DNA of 62,884 nt from Octopus bimaculoides (taxonomy: Eukaryota): positions 5,345,463 through 5,408,346 of the forward strand of contig NC_069009.1 of the NCBI RefSeq assembly GCF_001194135.2, read 5' to 3'. Below, piece by piece: positions 11,406 to 24,700 of the stretch (position 1 is the first letter of the stretch; each line of letters begins with the position of its first letter). Under the pieces are notes generated by a model. It was not told the origin of the DNA. It did not search any database and saw only the letters and a list, made by a program, of their open reading frames with translations. Made by a program: the position numbers and the translations under genes.

Positions 11406-12109
11406 AAGCTTGCTTACCAACCAGGTTCCAGGTTCAGTCTTCTCCAATTTGGCACCTTGGGCAACTGTCTATTCCCTCGGGATAACCAAAGCCTTGTGAG
11501 TACGTTTGGTAGATGGAAACTGGAAGAAGCCCATTGTATGTGTATATATATATTCTGTTGTGTCTGGGGAAAGTCATTTTCTTATTGTGCCTTAAAATTT
11601 AGCACACTCACAGTTAAAATTTCCACTTATTTCTTATTTTTATTTTCCTAAAATTTTCGTTGCGTCTTGTAACCTTTTCGATAGTCTTGACTCTGTCCGT
11701 TATTTGCNNNNNNNNNNNNNNNNNNNNNNNNNNNNNNNNNNNNNNNNNNNNNNNNNNNNNNNNNNNNNNNNNNNNNNNNNNNNNNNNNNNNNNNNNNNNN
11801 NNNNNNNNNNNNNNNNNNNNNNNNNNNNNNNNNNNNNNNNNNNNNNNNNNNNNNNNNNNNNNNNNNNNNNNNNNNNNNNNNNNNNNNNNNNNNNNNNNNN
11901 NNNNNNNNNNNNNNNNNNNNNNNNNNNNNNNNNNNNNNNNNNNNNNNNNNNNNNNNNNNNNNNNNNNNNNNNNNNNNNNNNNNNNNNNNNNNNNNNNNNN
12001 NNNNNNNNNNNNNNNNNNNNNNNNNNNNNNNNNNNNNNNNNNNNNNNNNNNNNNNNNNNNNNNNNNNNNNNNNNNNNNNNNNNNNNNNNNNNNNNNNNNN
12101 NNNNNNNNA

Positions 12110-12480
12110 GAGACTTGTCTCTCCTTATACACACTTCCTGTTTTGACACCACACTTCCTGCTTAACACATAAACCTTTAGCTCCTTTTTTAAACCTAACA
12201 CAACTCTCAATTTTCATGCATCCTTATTTTTCCAACTATTATCTACATGGATTACCATTGAACTTTAAAAGCTCAAAGACAATATAATGTATTGGTATAT
12301 TTATTTTTTTATATATTATTATTTTTATATATAATTTTTTTCATTTTTTACTTTTTTATAAAAAACATTTTCATTCTCCTTCTTCTTGAAAATTTGCCAT
12401 GCATTGAAAGCCGGTTAGAAGTCTATATTAAAATATGCTTTCAGTTTAGCATTCTGCCTTATTATTATTTTTATTTTCAT
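12110..12480. mobile_element. Unclassified AT-rich dispersed repeat (copy 1; copy 2 at 42130-42495)
   Basis: Colinear similarity including ACTTCCTG twice and GGATTACCATTGAACTTTAAAAGCTCAAAGACAATATAATGTATTGG. Confidence 0.85.
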
Positions 12481-12524
12481 ATTATTTCTCCACATGTGGT
12501 TAACACAACCCCACTATTTACTGA

Positions 12525-12560
<36 letters not shown>

Positions 12561-13179
12561 ATTCTTAGCTATAATAGTGACAACATGAATTTCTTCCATC
12601 TTCTTGCTCTGTTAAATATTTGAGAAAAATTATAGATGCACAAAATAACAGCAATCAAATAATGACAGCGGAGTACACAACAAACATCAGCAATTTCACT
12701 GTTACCTGTACTCTTGACAAGAGATGCCAGTCAGTCTTTTACGCCTATTAGGCTCATTTGTATTAGCTCAAGTTGCAGGATAATATTGCATTCCTTTAAG
12801 AATATTGTAGAACGGAAACTTTCTGTAGATTGGAATTTAAATCTTGATCTCTATATAATTATAGATAACAACTGAGGTTGTGACTTCTGAGCCTGAGTCA
12901 GGTGTGTGTGAACAATGTCAGGAAGACATCTGCTATGAATGATATTTTTTGGCACGGCACTTCTAAGACCCCGCCAGGTGCTGAATAAAAATAAATGAAC
13001 TAGAACCAGGCTCAATAAAAGGAGCCTTTATTGGGTGCAATGAAATACATGAAATCAGCGTTGGCAGAAATCAAATCAGCTTGCAAATACACGTTCACTT
13101 TACTAAATTTATACCCAGGCTAAGCCCAAACAGCCCAAGTGCTGGAGTTCCCACTGGTACATATATATATATTTATATA

Positions 13180-13386
13180 TTTAAACTACAGAGATGCTTA
13201 TAATAGGACATCTAACCCGCTAGAAAGAGCAGCAAAAAACTCTATACCACAAAAATAGGGATAATATCGAAAGGGAATGAAAAATAAAAACATTTACCAA
13301 TCTATCCCTATTTTTGTGGTATAGAGTTTTTTGCTGCTCTTTCTAGCGGGTTAGATGTCCTATTATAGGCATCTCTGTATTTTAAA
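13180..13386. repeat. Foldback: 84-bp inverted arms (2 mismatches) with a 39-bp spacer
   Basis: 13180-13263 compared with the reverse complement of 13303-13386. Confidence 0.95.
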
Positions 13387-14543
13387 TGAATAATATATAG
13401 TCTATTGACTAATTTTTATTCTCGCTGGACCACTGGTGGTAAATAAAATTTCTAAAATTTTTTTTGCTGCCCTATGATTTATTACTATATANNNNNNNNN
13501 NNNNNNNNNNNNNNNNNNNNNNNNNNNNNNNNNNNNNNNNNNNNNNNNNNNNNNNNNNNNNNNNNNNNNNNNNNNNNNNNNNNNNNNNNNNNNNNNNNNN
13601 NNNNNNNNNNNNNNNNNNNNNNNNNNNNNNNNNNNNNNNNNNNNNNNNNNNNNNNNNNNNNNNNNNNNNNNNNNNNNNNNNNNNNNNNNNNNNNNNNNNN
13701 NNNNNNNNNNNNNNNNNNNNNNNNNNNNNNNNNNNNNNNNNNNNNNNNNNNNNNNNNNNNNNNNNNNNNNNNNNNNNNNNNNNNNNNNNNNNNNNNNNNN
13801 NNNNNNNNNNNNNNNNNNNNNNNNNNNNNNNNNNNNNNNNNNNNNNNNNNNNNNNNNNNNNNNNNNNNNNNNNNNNNNNNNNNNNNNNNNNNNNNNNNNN
13901 NNNNNNNNNNNNNNNNNNNNNNNNNNNNNNNNNNNNNNNNNNNNNNNNNNNNNNNNNNNNNNNNNNNNNNNNNNNNNNNNNNNNNNNNNNNNNNNNNNNN
14001 NNNNNNNNNNNNNNNNNNNNNNNNNNNNNNNNNNNNNNNNNNNNNNNNNNNNNNNNNNNNNNNNNNNNNNNNNNNNNNNNNNNNNNNNNNNNNNNNNNNN
14101 NNNNNNNNNNNNNNNNNNNNNNNNNNNNNNNNNNNNNNNNNNNNNNNNNNNNNNNNNNNNNNNNNNNNNNNNNNNNNNNNNNNNNNNNNNNNNNNNNNNN
14201 NNNNNNNNNNNNNNNNNNNNNNNNNNNNNNNNNNNNNNNNNNNNNNNNNNNNNNNNNNNNNNNNNNNNNNNNNNNNNNNNNNNNNNNNNNNNNNNNNNNN
14301 NNNNNTATATATATATATACACATATATATATCTGTGTGTATGTATATATTTGTGTATATATGTGTGTGTGTGTTAGCATGTATATAGGTTCATCTTAAG
14401 TGTTTCTCTTTCTCCTTACATCTGTATGTCTATACATAAATAGACAGATAGAATGATAGATTGATAGATAAATATATCTATTTATGTACACTTCCATTTA
14501 TATATGGTTCCATAAAAAAAAAACATCTTTTGATACTTCTCAC

Positions 14544-14581
<38 letters not shown>

Positions 14582-14793
14582 TGACAAACACAGCCTAAAT
14601 GTATAACACCCTCCTCTGCCATACATCGTGTTTACCACCAACAGCAACAATGACTGCAATCATAATTCTTCACATCCTCTTATTATTTCATTTCCTTTTC
14701 CTCATATATATTTATACATACACACCCACACAGACACATATATTTATGCATATATAATTAGAGATATGTGTATATGTGTGTGTTTGTATGTAA

Positions 14794-14824
<31 letters not shown>

Positions 14825-15114
14825 TACATGCATATATATGTATGTATATATGTGTGTATATGTATATGTATATATACATGTAAATATATATATGTAGATA
14901 TGTACATATATATATATGTACGTATATATGTGTGTGTGTGTTTGTGTGTGTTTGTGTGTGTGTGTGTGTGTGTGTTCTACATCGGACATCTTCAGGAACT
15001 AAAAGAAAAACGATAAAACCAGCATGAGCAGTCAAGCAAATCGTTTAACTCAATAGCTCGTTAAGACATCGCATGATTAACGAAGGTCTTTAAAGAATTC
15101 GTTTGAAAATACAT

Positions 15115-15190
15115 GAAAGCTTTCGGTTTATGGAATGGTAAATGGTTCTTCTCTTTAATTGTTGTTTGTTAAAACCATCTTCAGAATCTG
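15115..15190 (-). ncRNA. Degenerate HHR-like motif in a probable PLE pLTR remnant (about 14980-15200)
   Basis: CTGAAGA-T-GGTTT..AAACC-GAAAGCTT; stem I not evident; a second CTGAAGATG lies at about 14987-14995 (-). Confidence 0.45.
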
Positions 15191-15337
15191 AATAGTATTT
15201 GCTTTTTAAGATGTCTGTGAGGAATTGGGTTGGTGTTGTGGTGCTGGCCCTGGTCGCAGTGGGTTATTTCAGTTAGTGGCTGTTCTTTAGAATATACAGA
15301 TAATACATACCTACACACACATATATATATGTATATA

Positions 15338-15392
<55 letters not shown>

Positions 15393-15469
15393 TTGTATGT
15401 ATGCTGTTAGTTGTTGATGTGTTTGTGTTAATTATCAATATATCTGTCTGTCTATCTTGTCTTTTTCTC

Positions 15470-15628
15470 TGTCTGTCCATCCGCCTGTCTGTTTTTCATC
15501 TTCCTATCCATGTGTCTGTCTATCCATCCATCTGTCTATCTGTCTATTTGTCAGTTTATCTCTCTGTCCCTTTCTCCCTCTCTCTCTATCTGTCTATATA
15601 TTTATGTATGTATGTAGGTAGTTATCTG

Positions 15629-15681
<53 letters not shown>

Positions 15682-15975
15682 ATATCTGGCTCTCTGTCTC
15701 TCCCTATCTCTCTCTCTCTCTTTCTGTCTCTACCTATTTATATATCTACTTACCTTGCTATGTACCTGCTTGCCTACCTCTCTACCTACCTACCCACCTC
15801 TCTACCTACCTACCTACCCACCTCTCTACCTACCTACCTACCCACCTCTCTACCTACCTACCCACCCTCTACCTATCTCCCTACCTACCTACCTACCTAC
15901 CTACCTACCTACATGCCTGCCTACTTACCTACCTACCTACCTACCTACCTACCTACCTGTTTGTCTATCTATCTC
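15470..15975. repeat. Compound (TCTG/TCTA/CTAC)n microsatellite
   Basis: Direct reading. Confidence 0.9.
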
Positions 15976-16185
15976 TCTAAATACACCTACACCTGTTAAT
16001 TAATTTCTCTGCATTTCTGTCTTATCCTCTATTAGTCTATTTGGTTGATGTATATTCTCTCTCTTCTGATTGATTTATGCATCTATTGATTGATCTATCT
16101 ACCTATCTGTCTACACACACACACACATGTATATATTTGTGTGAATAAATAACCTCCTCCAATGTTCCCTCCTCTCTCAAAAATT

Positions 16186-16365
16186 CCTTGTCTTGCAAGT
16201 TACTTGGCAACCCTGCTGGTGTTGGTGCCACATAAAAAGCATCCAGTCCACATTGAAGTGATTGGCATTTGGAAGGGCATCCAGCTATAAAAACTATACC
16301 AAAACTGACCTCACCTGTGCAGGTGCCACGTAAAAAGCCTTCAGTTCACTTTGCAGGGTGGTTGG
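16186..16365 (+). mobile_element. SINE-D fragment with GGTGCCAC(A/G)TAAAAAGC motifs
   Basis: Homologous to 50623-50890. Confidence 0.7.
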
Positions 16366-17359
16366 CATTAATTGTGTACCAGTTTCACCATCAACTCTTT
16401 TACTTACGTAAAAACGTCCGTGGTTCTTCAGCACAATCGTTCTGAAATCAATATAATTTGCAGAAATATACACGAATTGTCTTCATAAAATTTGACGTGC
16501 TTACATGCTGAATTTTTTCTGGAGAACATGATTTTTCTTTGTGGTTGGGTTGTTGATGACCTCTTTCTAGGATATTGGATGTCCATCTAGTGGTCATCCC
16601 TTCTTATACGTGTATATATATATATATATATATTTGTGTGGTGTCAATTTCCCTTTGTTTATGTTTACGGTTGTTTATTTCTCTTTGTTTTTGTTTCCAT
16701 NNNNNNNNNNNNNNNNNNNNNNNNNNNNNNNNNNNNNNNNNNNNNNNNNNNNNNNNNNNNNNNNNNNNNNNNNNNNNNNNNNNNNNNNNNNNNNNNNNNN
16801 NNNNNNNNNNNNNNNNNNNNNNNNNNNNNNNNNNNNNNNNNNNNNNNNNNNNNNNNNNNNNNNNNNNNNNNNNNNNNNNNNNNNNNNNNNNNNNNNNNNN
16901 NNNNNNNNNNNNNNNNNNNNNNNNNNNNNNNNNNNNNNNNNNNNNNNNNNNNNNNNNNNNNNNNNNNNNNNNNNNNNNNNNNNNNNNNNNNNNNNNNNNN
17001 NNNNNNNNNNNNNNNNNNNNNNNNNNNNNNNNNNNNNNNNNNNNNNNNNNNNNNNNNNNNNNNNNNNNNNNNNNNNNNNNNNNNNNNNNNNNNNNNNNNN
17101 NNNNNNNNNNNNNNNNNNNNNNNNNNNNNNNNNNNNNNNNNNNNNNNNNNNNNNNNNNNNNNNNNNNNNNNNNNNNNNNNNNNNNNNNNNNNNNNNNNNN
17201 NNNNNNNNNNNNNNNNNNNNNNNNNNNNNNNNNNNNNNNNNNNNNNNNNNNNNNNNNNNNNNNNNNNNNNNNNNNNNNNNNNNNNNNNNNNNNNNNNNNN
17301 NNNNNNNNNNNNNNNNNNNNNNNNNNNNNNNNNNNNNNNNNNNNNNNNNNNNNNNNNNN

Positions 17360-17430
<71 letters not shown>

Positions 17431-18075
17431 TGGTTGTGTAGACCTTGCATGTCAAGGGTAAACTCAGGAGGGTAGGAAATAGCAGTGTAAATTAACAGGC
17501 AGAAATCAACTGGAAAGCACTGTTTTGTTTTTCTCAAAGAAAATTACAAGCCTTTAGACGTTGGTCTGGAAATCTCTGTTGGCCAGCAACTGTGTTTATG
17601 GTACATGATAACAGAAATTGGAAACAAAATTCATAATTCACTGTAAGAGGTTAACTGCCCTGCAGATGTGAACTTTGAAATTAAAATCAGTCTGAAAGAC
17701 TGTCTGTGGTCATCTGCTTAGAAGCCTGTGACCTTTCTAACCAGGATGCAGATATAGATCTCTGGCTGTGTATTTAGCTCTGTTGCAGACTGGCACTCGT
17801 GTATTAATTGGTATTGGCCAGTTCTAATGATGTGTGTGTCTTCACAGTTATGTCGGCTTGAGGAATACAGCTAGAAGTTGGAGGTTATCATAGACAAATA
17901 GATAGATAAATAGATAGAGACATAGATGACTAGATAAATAGATGGATAGACAGATAGATGGTGAGACTCATGCAGGTAGAGCTATTTTTCACATACAATA
18001 TAGTATGTGGTTAGATGATCTAAAGTCTATTTTTCAGCATATTGGCATAGAAATTTTTTTCTTTTTCCCTTACTC

Positions 18076-18463
18076 TTTTACTTGTTTCAGTCATTTGACT
18101 GCAGCCATGCTGGAGTACCGCCTTTAGTCGAGAAAATCGACCCCAGGACTTATTCTTTGGATGCCTAATACTTATTCTATCGATCTCTTTTGCCAAACCG
18201 CTAAGTTACGGGGATGTAAACACACCACCATCGGTTGTCAAGTGATGTTGGGGGGACAAATACAGACACACAAACACACATACATATATATATATACATA
18301 TATGCGACGGGCTTCTTTCAGTTTCCGTCTACCAAATCCACTCACAAGGCTTTGGTTGGCCCGAGGCTATAGTAGAAGACACTTGCTCAAGGTGCCACGC
18401 AGTGGGAATGAACCCAGAACCATGTGGTTGGTAAGCAAGCGACTTACCACACAGCCACTCCTG
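18076..18463 (-). mobile_element. SINE-A, full length and well conserved
   Basis: Head and tail are both present. Confidence 0.9.
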
Positions 18464-18565
18464 TGGCTTATTTATAATTATTTTTAATTTTCACCTTAAA
18501 AGGTATTTTAATATACTGGCGACTGATAGAAATTTTTTTGCAAAATTTTATCCTTATATTAGAAG

Positions 18566-18605
<40 letters not shown>

Positions 18606-19143
18606 ACTTTGTCTGTCTTCTTACCCTCTTAGAGGATTTAAGTAAAGTTATACAAATGTGTCTGACTGATTGAATTAATATTATTTCTTTTTCTTTATTT
18701 ATGCAGCTGAGGATAGCTCTGCATTTAAATTGATGTAATGATTGCATTGTTCAATTAAATGGAGCCGCTTGAAACAGTCATACTGCATCACCTCTGGATA
18801 TCCTGTTACTTATTTTGATTATATATACATATATATATTTATATTCTAGCACATTAACAGTCCACCTAGTGGTCTCCTTTTTATATATATACATATACAA
18901 TAATCCTTTGAGATCTCAGATATTTTTTCTGAATCTCCTTGATTCTTTTAATGTGCTTGTTCCCTGGTATTAAATTGATATTAATTAATATCCAATTTTT
19001 TACCCTACTGTTTTAATTTAATTAACCATAAGCACGTTCTCAAAGTTATATATATATATGTATGTATGTATTTAAATATATATATGATAGATTGCTAGCC
19101 ACTAAACCTTTTTTATTTTCTCTCTCTGCTTATTTCTGTGTTC

Positions 19144-19179
19144 CTTTCTGTTGAAGAGCATAGGCTTGAAATGTAAAAG
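19144..19179 (+). ncRNA. Minimal HHR-like motif with a CTGTTGA core, in a short element (about 19085-19260)
   Basis: CTTT-CTGTTGA-A-GAGC-ATAG-GCTT-GAAAT-GTA-AAAG; stem I is CTTT/AAAG. Confidence 0.6.
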
Positions 19180-19270
19180 ACTTTCTCACTTCCTGAGCGT
19201 TAAACTAATACATCTGTTGTTTACACACCTGTCTTCGTCTTTTGTTTTGTAAATTCTCACTTTATATATA

Positions 19271-19731
19271 CAGGGTGTCCCCAAAGTCTGGGTACATGGA
19301 GATTAACACATACTTTAAGAAATTTTATTTCTCATATTTAATTGTTCATATTATGATTTTATTTACTCCATGTACCTACATGGGGATTAACACATACTTT
19401 AAGAAATTATTATTTCTTATATTTAATTGTTTATGTTATGATTTTATTTACTCCATGTACCCCACATGGGGATTAACACATACTTTAAGAAATTATTATT
19501 TCTTATGTTTAATTATGATATGGTTTTATTTACTCCATGTACCCACATGAGGATTAACACATACTTTAAGAAATTTTATTTCTCATATTTAATTGTTCAT
19601 GTTATGATTTTATTTACTCCATGTACCAACATGGGGATTAACACATACTTTAAGAAATTTTATTTCTTATATTTAATTGTTCATGTTATGATTTTATTTA
19701 CTCCAGGTACCCAGACTTTGTGGCCACCCTG
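19271..19731. mobile_element. Tc1/mariner-type MITE containing five tandem units of about 84 bp
   Basis: 31-bp TIRs CAGGGTG(T/G)CC(C/A)CAAAGTCTGGGTAC(A/C)TGGAG with 3 mismatches; TA on both sides; unit starts at 19294, 19378, 19464, 19545 and 19629. Confidence 0.9.
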
Positions 19732-21021
19732 TATAAAGGTGATCATTTTTAATGCTGTCTTTTGCTGTGGCATTAAAAACGGTCATCAAACACATTGGTT
19801 GAGATGAACAAACTCTTCGACCCTGGGGTCAGTAAGACTCACTGAAGATGAACTAAGAGTATTTCTCAAAGTTTGAAATCACGGTGATACAGGTATGTCT
19901 GACTTTTTCAATCTTCGATTATTTTCGTCATTGAGGTTTTTATTCATTTGCCAAATTTCACCTTTATATTTCAGTGAAAACTTGTGGTTTGGTCATTTTG
20001 ACTGCTATATTTAGCATGCCGATACTGCCTGTTAGTACACTTAATTATTAGTGTGCGTATATATATATATGTGTATGTATATATATATGTATGTATATAT
20101 ATATGTATATATATNNNNNNNNNNNNNNNNNNNNNNNNNNNNNNNNNNNNNNNNNNNNNNNNNNNNNNNNNNNNNNNNNNNNNNNNNNNNNNNNNNNNNN
20201 NNNNNNNNNNNNNNNNNNNNNNNNNNNNNNNNNNNNNNNNNNNNNNNNNNNNNNNNNNNNNNNNNNNNNNNNNNNNNNNNNNNNNNNNNNNNNNNNNNNN
20301 NNNNNNNNNNNNNNNNNNNNNNNNNNNNNNNNNNNNNNNNNNNNNNNNNNNNNNNNNNNNNNNNNNNNNNNNNNNNNNNNNNNNNNNNNNNNNNNNNNNN
20401 NNNNNNNNNNNNNNNNNNNNNNNNNNNNNNNNNNNNNNNNNNNNNNNNNNNNNNNNNNNNNNNNNNNNNNNNNNNNNNNNNNNNNNNNNNNNNNNNNNNN
20501 NNNNNNNNNNNNNNNNNNNNNNNNNNNNNNNNNNNNNNNNNNNNNNNNNNNNNNNNNNNNNNNNNNNNNNNNNNNNNNNNNNNNNNNNNNNNNNNNNNNN
20601 NNNNNNNNNNNNNNNNNNNNNNNNNNNNNNNNNNNNNNNNNNNNNNNNNNNNNNNNNNNNNNNNNNNNNNNNNNNNNNNNNNNNNNNNNNNNNNNNNNNN
20701 NNNNNNNNNNNNNNNNNNNNNNNNNNNNNNNNNNNNNNNNNNNNNNNNNNNNNNNNNNNNNNNNNNNNNNNNNNNNNNNNNNNNNNNNNNNNNNNNNNNN
20801 NNNNNNNNNNNNNNNNNNNNNNNNNNNNNNNNNNNNNNNNNNNNNNNNNNNNNNNNNNNNNNNNNNNNNNNNNNNNNNNNNNNNNNNNNNNNNNNNNNNN
20901 NNNNNNNNNNNNNNNNNNNNNNNNNNNNNNNNNNNNNNNNNNNNNNNNNNNNNNNNTATACATATTTATGTATGTATAAAGACATACAAGATATATCTAT
21001 CTATTGTTCTTATTGTCTATC

Positions 21022-21384
21022 TTTTCCTTGTTTCAGTCATTAGACTGTGGCCATGCTGGAGTACTGACTTTTTTACTCAAATGAATCAACCCCACCACTT
21101 ATTTATTTTAAACCTGGTACTTTAGACTCTTTTGTTGAACTGCTAAATTATGGGGATGTAAACAAACCAACATCGGCTATCATGTGCTGGAAGACAAACA
21201 CTGACGCAAGCACTCACACACACACACACACATGGATATATGCATATCAGCTTCCAATTTCTATCTACCAGAGATCCACTCACAAGGCTTTGGTGGGCCT
21301 GAGGATATAGCAGGAAACTTGCCCAAGGTGCCATGCAGTGGGACTGAACCCAAACCTTCTTACCATGCAGCCATGCCTGCACCT
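21022..21384 (-). mobile_element. SINE-A, diverged
   Basis: Head and tail homology. Confidence 0.8.
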
Positions 21385-21627
21385 ATATCTGTGTGTGGAC
21401 GTGTGTGTATGTGTGTGTGTGTGCATAAAGACACAAATATAAATACATTCATATATATCTCCCATTGTATCTATTTCTCTATACACACTTATATATGCCC
21501 ATAAAAATATTCGCAGAAATATAAATACACACGTTTTTTACTGTCTCTTTCTCTTTATTTCTTTCTCTCTCACTCTCTCCATTCACTCATTTGTGCACAT
21601 AAAAATACACGCAAACATACATACATA

Positions 21628-21690
<63 letters not shown>

Positions 21691-21793
21691 AGAAAGGGAA
21701 GTCTTGTCTAGTGAATGCTTCAAAAAAAGATGGGTGAATGTAGCAAGGATGGCACGTGTGAATGACGGAGCCACCTTGAGCATAACACTATAA
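21691..21793 (+). mobile_element. Possible Tx1/L1-like LINE ORF2 C-terminal remnant
   Basis: EREVLSSECFKKRWVNVARMARVNDGATLSITL* resembles the F..RW C-terminus. Confidence 0.45.
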
Positions 21794-24002
21794 AGGAGTA
21801 AAAAATCCAGACAAAAAACAAAAAGGCAATAACGAGTCACTTACTGTTATAGTTTCTGCAATGACAATATTGACCAAGGTTACTGTGGTCTTTTCCATAG
21901 GCTTTTCTTTCCACAGCTAACCCTAAACTGTCCTTCCCTNNNNNNNNNNNNNNNNNNNNNNNNNNNNNNNNNNNNNNNNNNNNNNNNNNNNNNNNNNNNN
22001 NNNNNNNNNNNNNNNNNNNNNNNNNNNNNNNNNNNNNNNNNNNNNNNNNNNNNNNNNNNNNNNNNNNNNNNNNNNNNNNNNNNNNNNNNNNNNNNNNNNN
22101 NNNNNNNNNNNNNNNNNNNNNNNNNNNNNNNNNNNNNNNNNNNNNNNNNNNNNNNNNNNNNNNNNNNNNNNNNNNNNNNNNNNNNNNNNNNNNNNNNNNN
22201 NNNNNNNNNNNNNNNNNNNNNNNNNNNNNNNNNNNNNNNNNNNNNNNNNNNNNNNNNNNNNNNNNNNNNNNNNNNNNNNNNNNNNNNNNNNNNNNNNNNN
22301 NNNNNNNNNNNNNNNNNNNNNNNNNNNNNNNNNNNNNNNNNNNNNNNNNNNNNNNNNNNNNNNNNNNNNNNNNNNNNNNNNNNNNNNNNNNNNNNNNNNN
22401 NNNNNNNNNNNNNNNNNNNNNNNNNNNNNNNNNNNNNNNNNNNNNNNNNNNNNNNNNNNNNNNNNNNNNNNNNNNNNNNNNNNNNNNNNNNNNNNNNNNN
22501 NNNNNNNNNNNNNNNNNNNNNNNNNNNNNNNNNNNNNNNNNNNNNNNNNNNNNNNNNNNNNNNNNNNNNNNNNNNNNNNNNNNCATATATATATAAATAA
22601 AACCTTACAAATATACACATATATCTATGCATATGTTTATACACACATATGTGCACACATATATGCACATAAAAATGTACTGGCAAATATATCTATATCC
22701 ATTTCTTACTATATATATGTATGTGTGTGTGTGTGTGTGTGTATGTGTGTGTGTGTATGTATGTATATATACACACCACCACCACCATGACACAGATATA
22801 TATATACACACACAGATATATATGCTTACGCACATATATACATATACACACACATAAATATATATACACACTTAGACATATACACACACAGATACACAAA
22901 CACACACATGTAAATAAACAGCTAAAATTCAACCACAGCAATAAAACAAGTCATGAAACTTTGCTGATATCTGGTAACATTCCTCCATTAACTTATATCC
23001 CGATATGTCATCCGATATCCAAGGATCTCCCATGGAACGGTGGGAAATGAGGCAGCTGTAATGGATATTTATTTGTATCGGACACTAATTTCAATTTATG
23101 ATCCGCAGATATCCAACTGGACTCATCCAGCTCGGATTGGAGCAAATGGGACATGGGGATCAACGGATCACGTTGACATCGGGAGGTGCGTGTGTAGGTG
23201 TGCGTGTGTGTGTGAGTGTGTATATAAGTGTGTGTGTATGCAAAATTCTTTGTGTGTGTGTGTATAAGTATGTATATAGTTACATACGTACTTATATGTA
23301 CATATATANNNNNNNNNNNNNNNNNNNNNNNNNNNNNNNNNNNNNNNNNNNNNNNNNNNNNNNNNNNNNNNNNNNNNNNNNNNNNNNNNNNNNNNNNNNN
23401 NNNNNNNNNNNNNNNNNNNNNNNNNNNNNNNNNNNNNNNNNNNTATATATATATATATATGTATGTTTATGTATATATTCAGGTATGTATATATATGTAT
23501 ATATAGATGTGTGTATGACTTTCTAAATATCTCTCTATCTATCTTTCTACTTATCTATATATATACGTATGCATGCATATATACATGAATATGTGTGTAT
23601 CTCTGTGTCTATATATGTATACACATATACAAATATGTGTGTGTGTGCATATATATATATATTTACATACACCCACTCACACTAATATATAGATGTATGT
23701 ATATGTATACGCATATGGATGTAATGAATATGTATATATATATATATGTACACATATACATATATTCATAGATGTTTGTGAATTTGTGTATATATACGTT
23801 TTTGCGTATATATATATATATATACATATATATACATATACACACATAAGGAAGGAGAATGTTATACCTATATATATATGTATATGTGTGTATTTCTATA
23901 AGTATATGTACTTTTTATTTTTCAAGTGTGTATACTTATATATACATATATATACACATACAAATATTTATACACATACATATATATATATATATATATA
24001 TC

Positions 24003-24044
<42 letters not shown>

Positions 24045-24375
24045 TATATATAATGATGCATATATATTTAGTTGTAATGTTTTCTTACATGCTGGAACCT
24101 GAAAGGCATTTGCAACAGGATTTAGATTCAGCGAAAGCATCTCTCTGTGGTTTTTCTGTGCAAAAGTGCATCAACCCTAGTTTCAAGTGACATCTGTGGA
24201 CTACTAGAGACAGTGTTTCAGTGTGATTTCACCTTCTCAGTGCCAGATTGTTCTTTGATTATTTGAGACTAAGTCAGAACCTCTCTCTTTTTCTTTGTCT
24301 ATCTGTCTGTCTCTCATAATCATCATCATCATCGTTTAACATCTGCCTTCCATTCTAGCATGTATATATATGCAA

Positions 24376-24438
<63 letters not shown>

Positions 24439-24469
24439 CATAGATATTTTTTTAATAATGATAATAATA

Positions 24470-24700
24470 ATAAAAGGACAACAAAATAATGAGACCTCAA
24501 TATTAAATAAATAGAGGAATTTATATATGTATAGTATAGGACAATCAGTTAATCCTATTATGACAACTTACTGATTGTCCTATACTACACACACACACAC
24601 ATATATATATAGACATATATAAATTTAAATAATAAGGGTGAAAAGTTGAATATTAAGTTGATTAATATCAATTTAAAACCAGTGGCCTAGCAGCCCAGAA
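24470..24700. mobile_element. Unclassified AT-rich dispersed repeat with a 17-bp internal inverted repeat; related copy at about 18960-19030 on the opposite strand
   Basis: TAGTATAGGACAATCAG (24532-24548) / CTGATTGTCCTATACTA (24571-24587); shared TTAATATCAATTTAA.ACCAG. Confidence 0.6.

Noticed and set aside
12700-12775. Possible minus-strand exon ending CAG|GTAACA
   Set aside because: Weak acceptor, short unrecognised peptide and no other support.
24105-24160. CTGAAAG..GAAAGCATC HHR-like motif
   Set aside because: The core is wrong and no stem I or stem II pairing is present.
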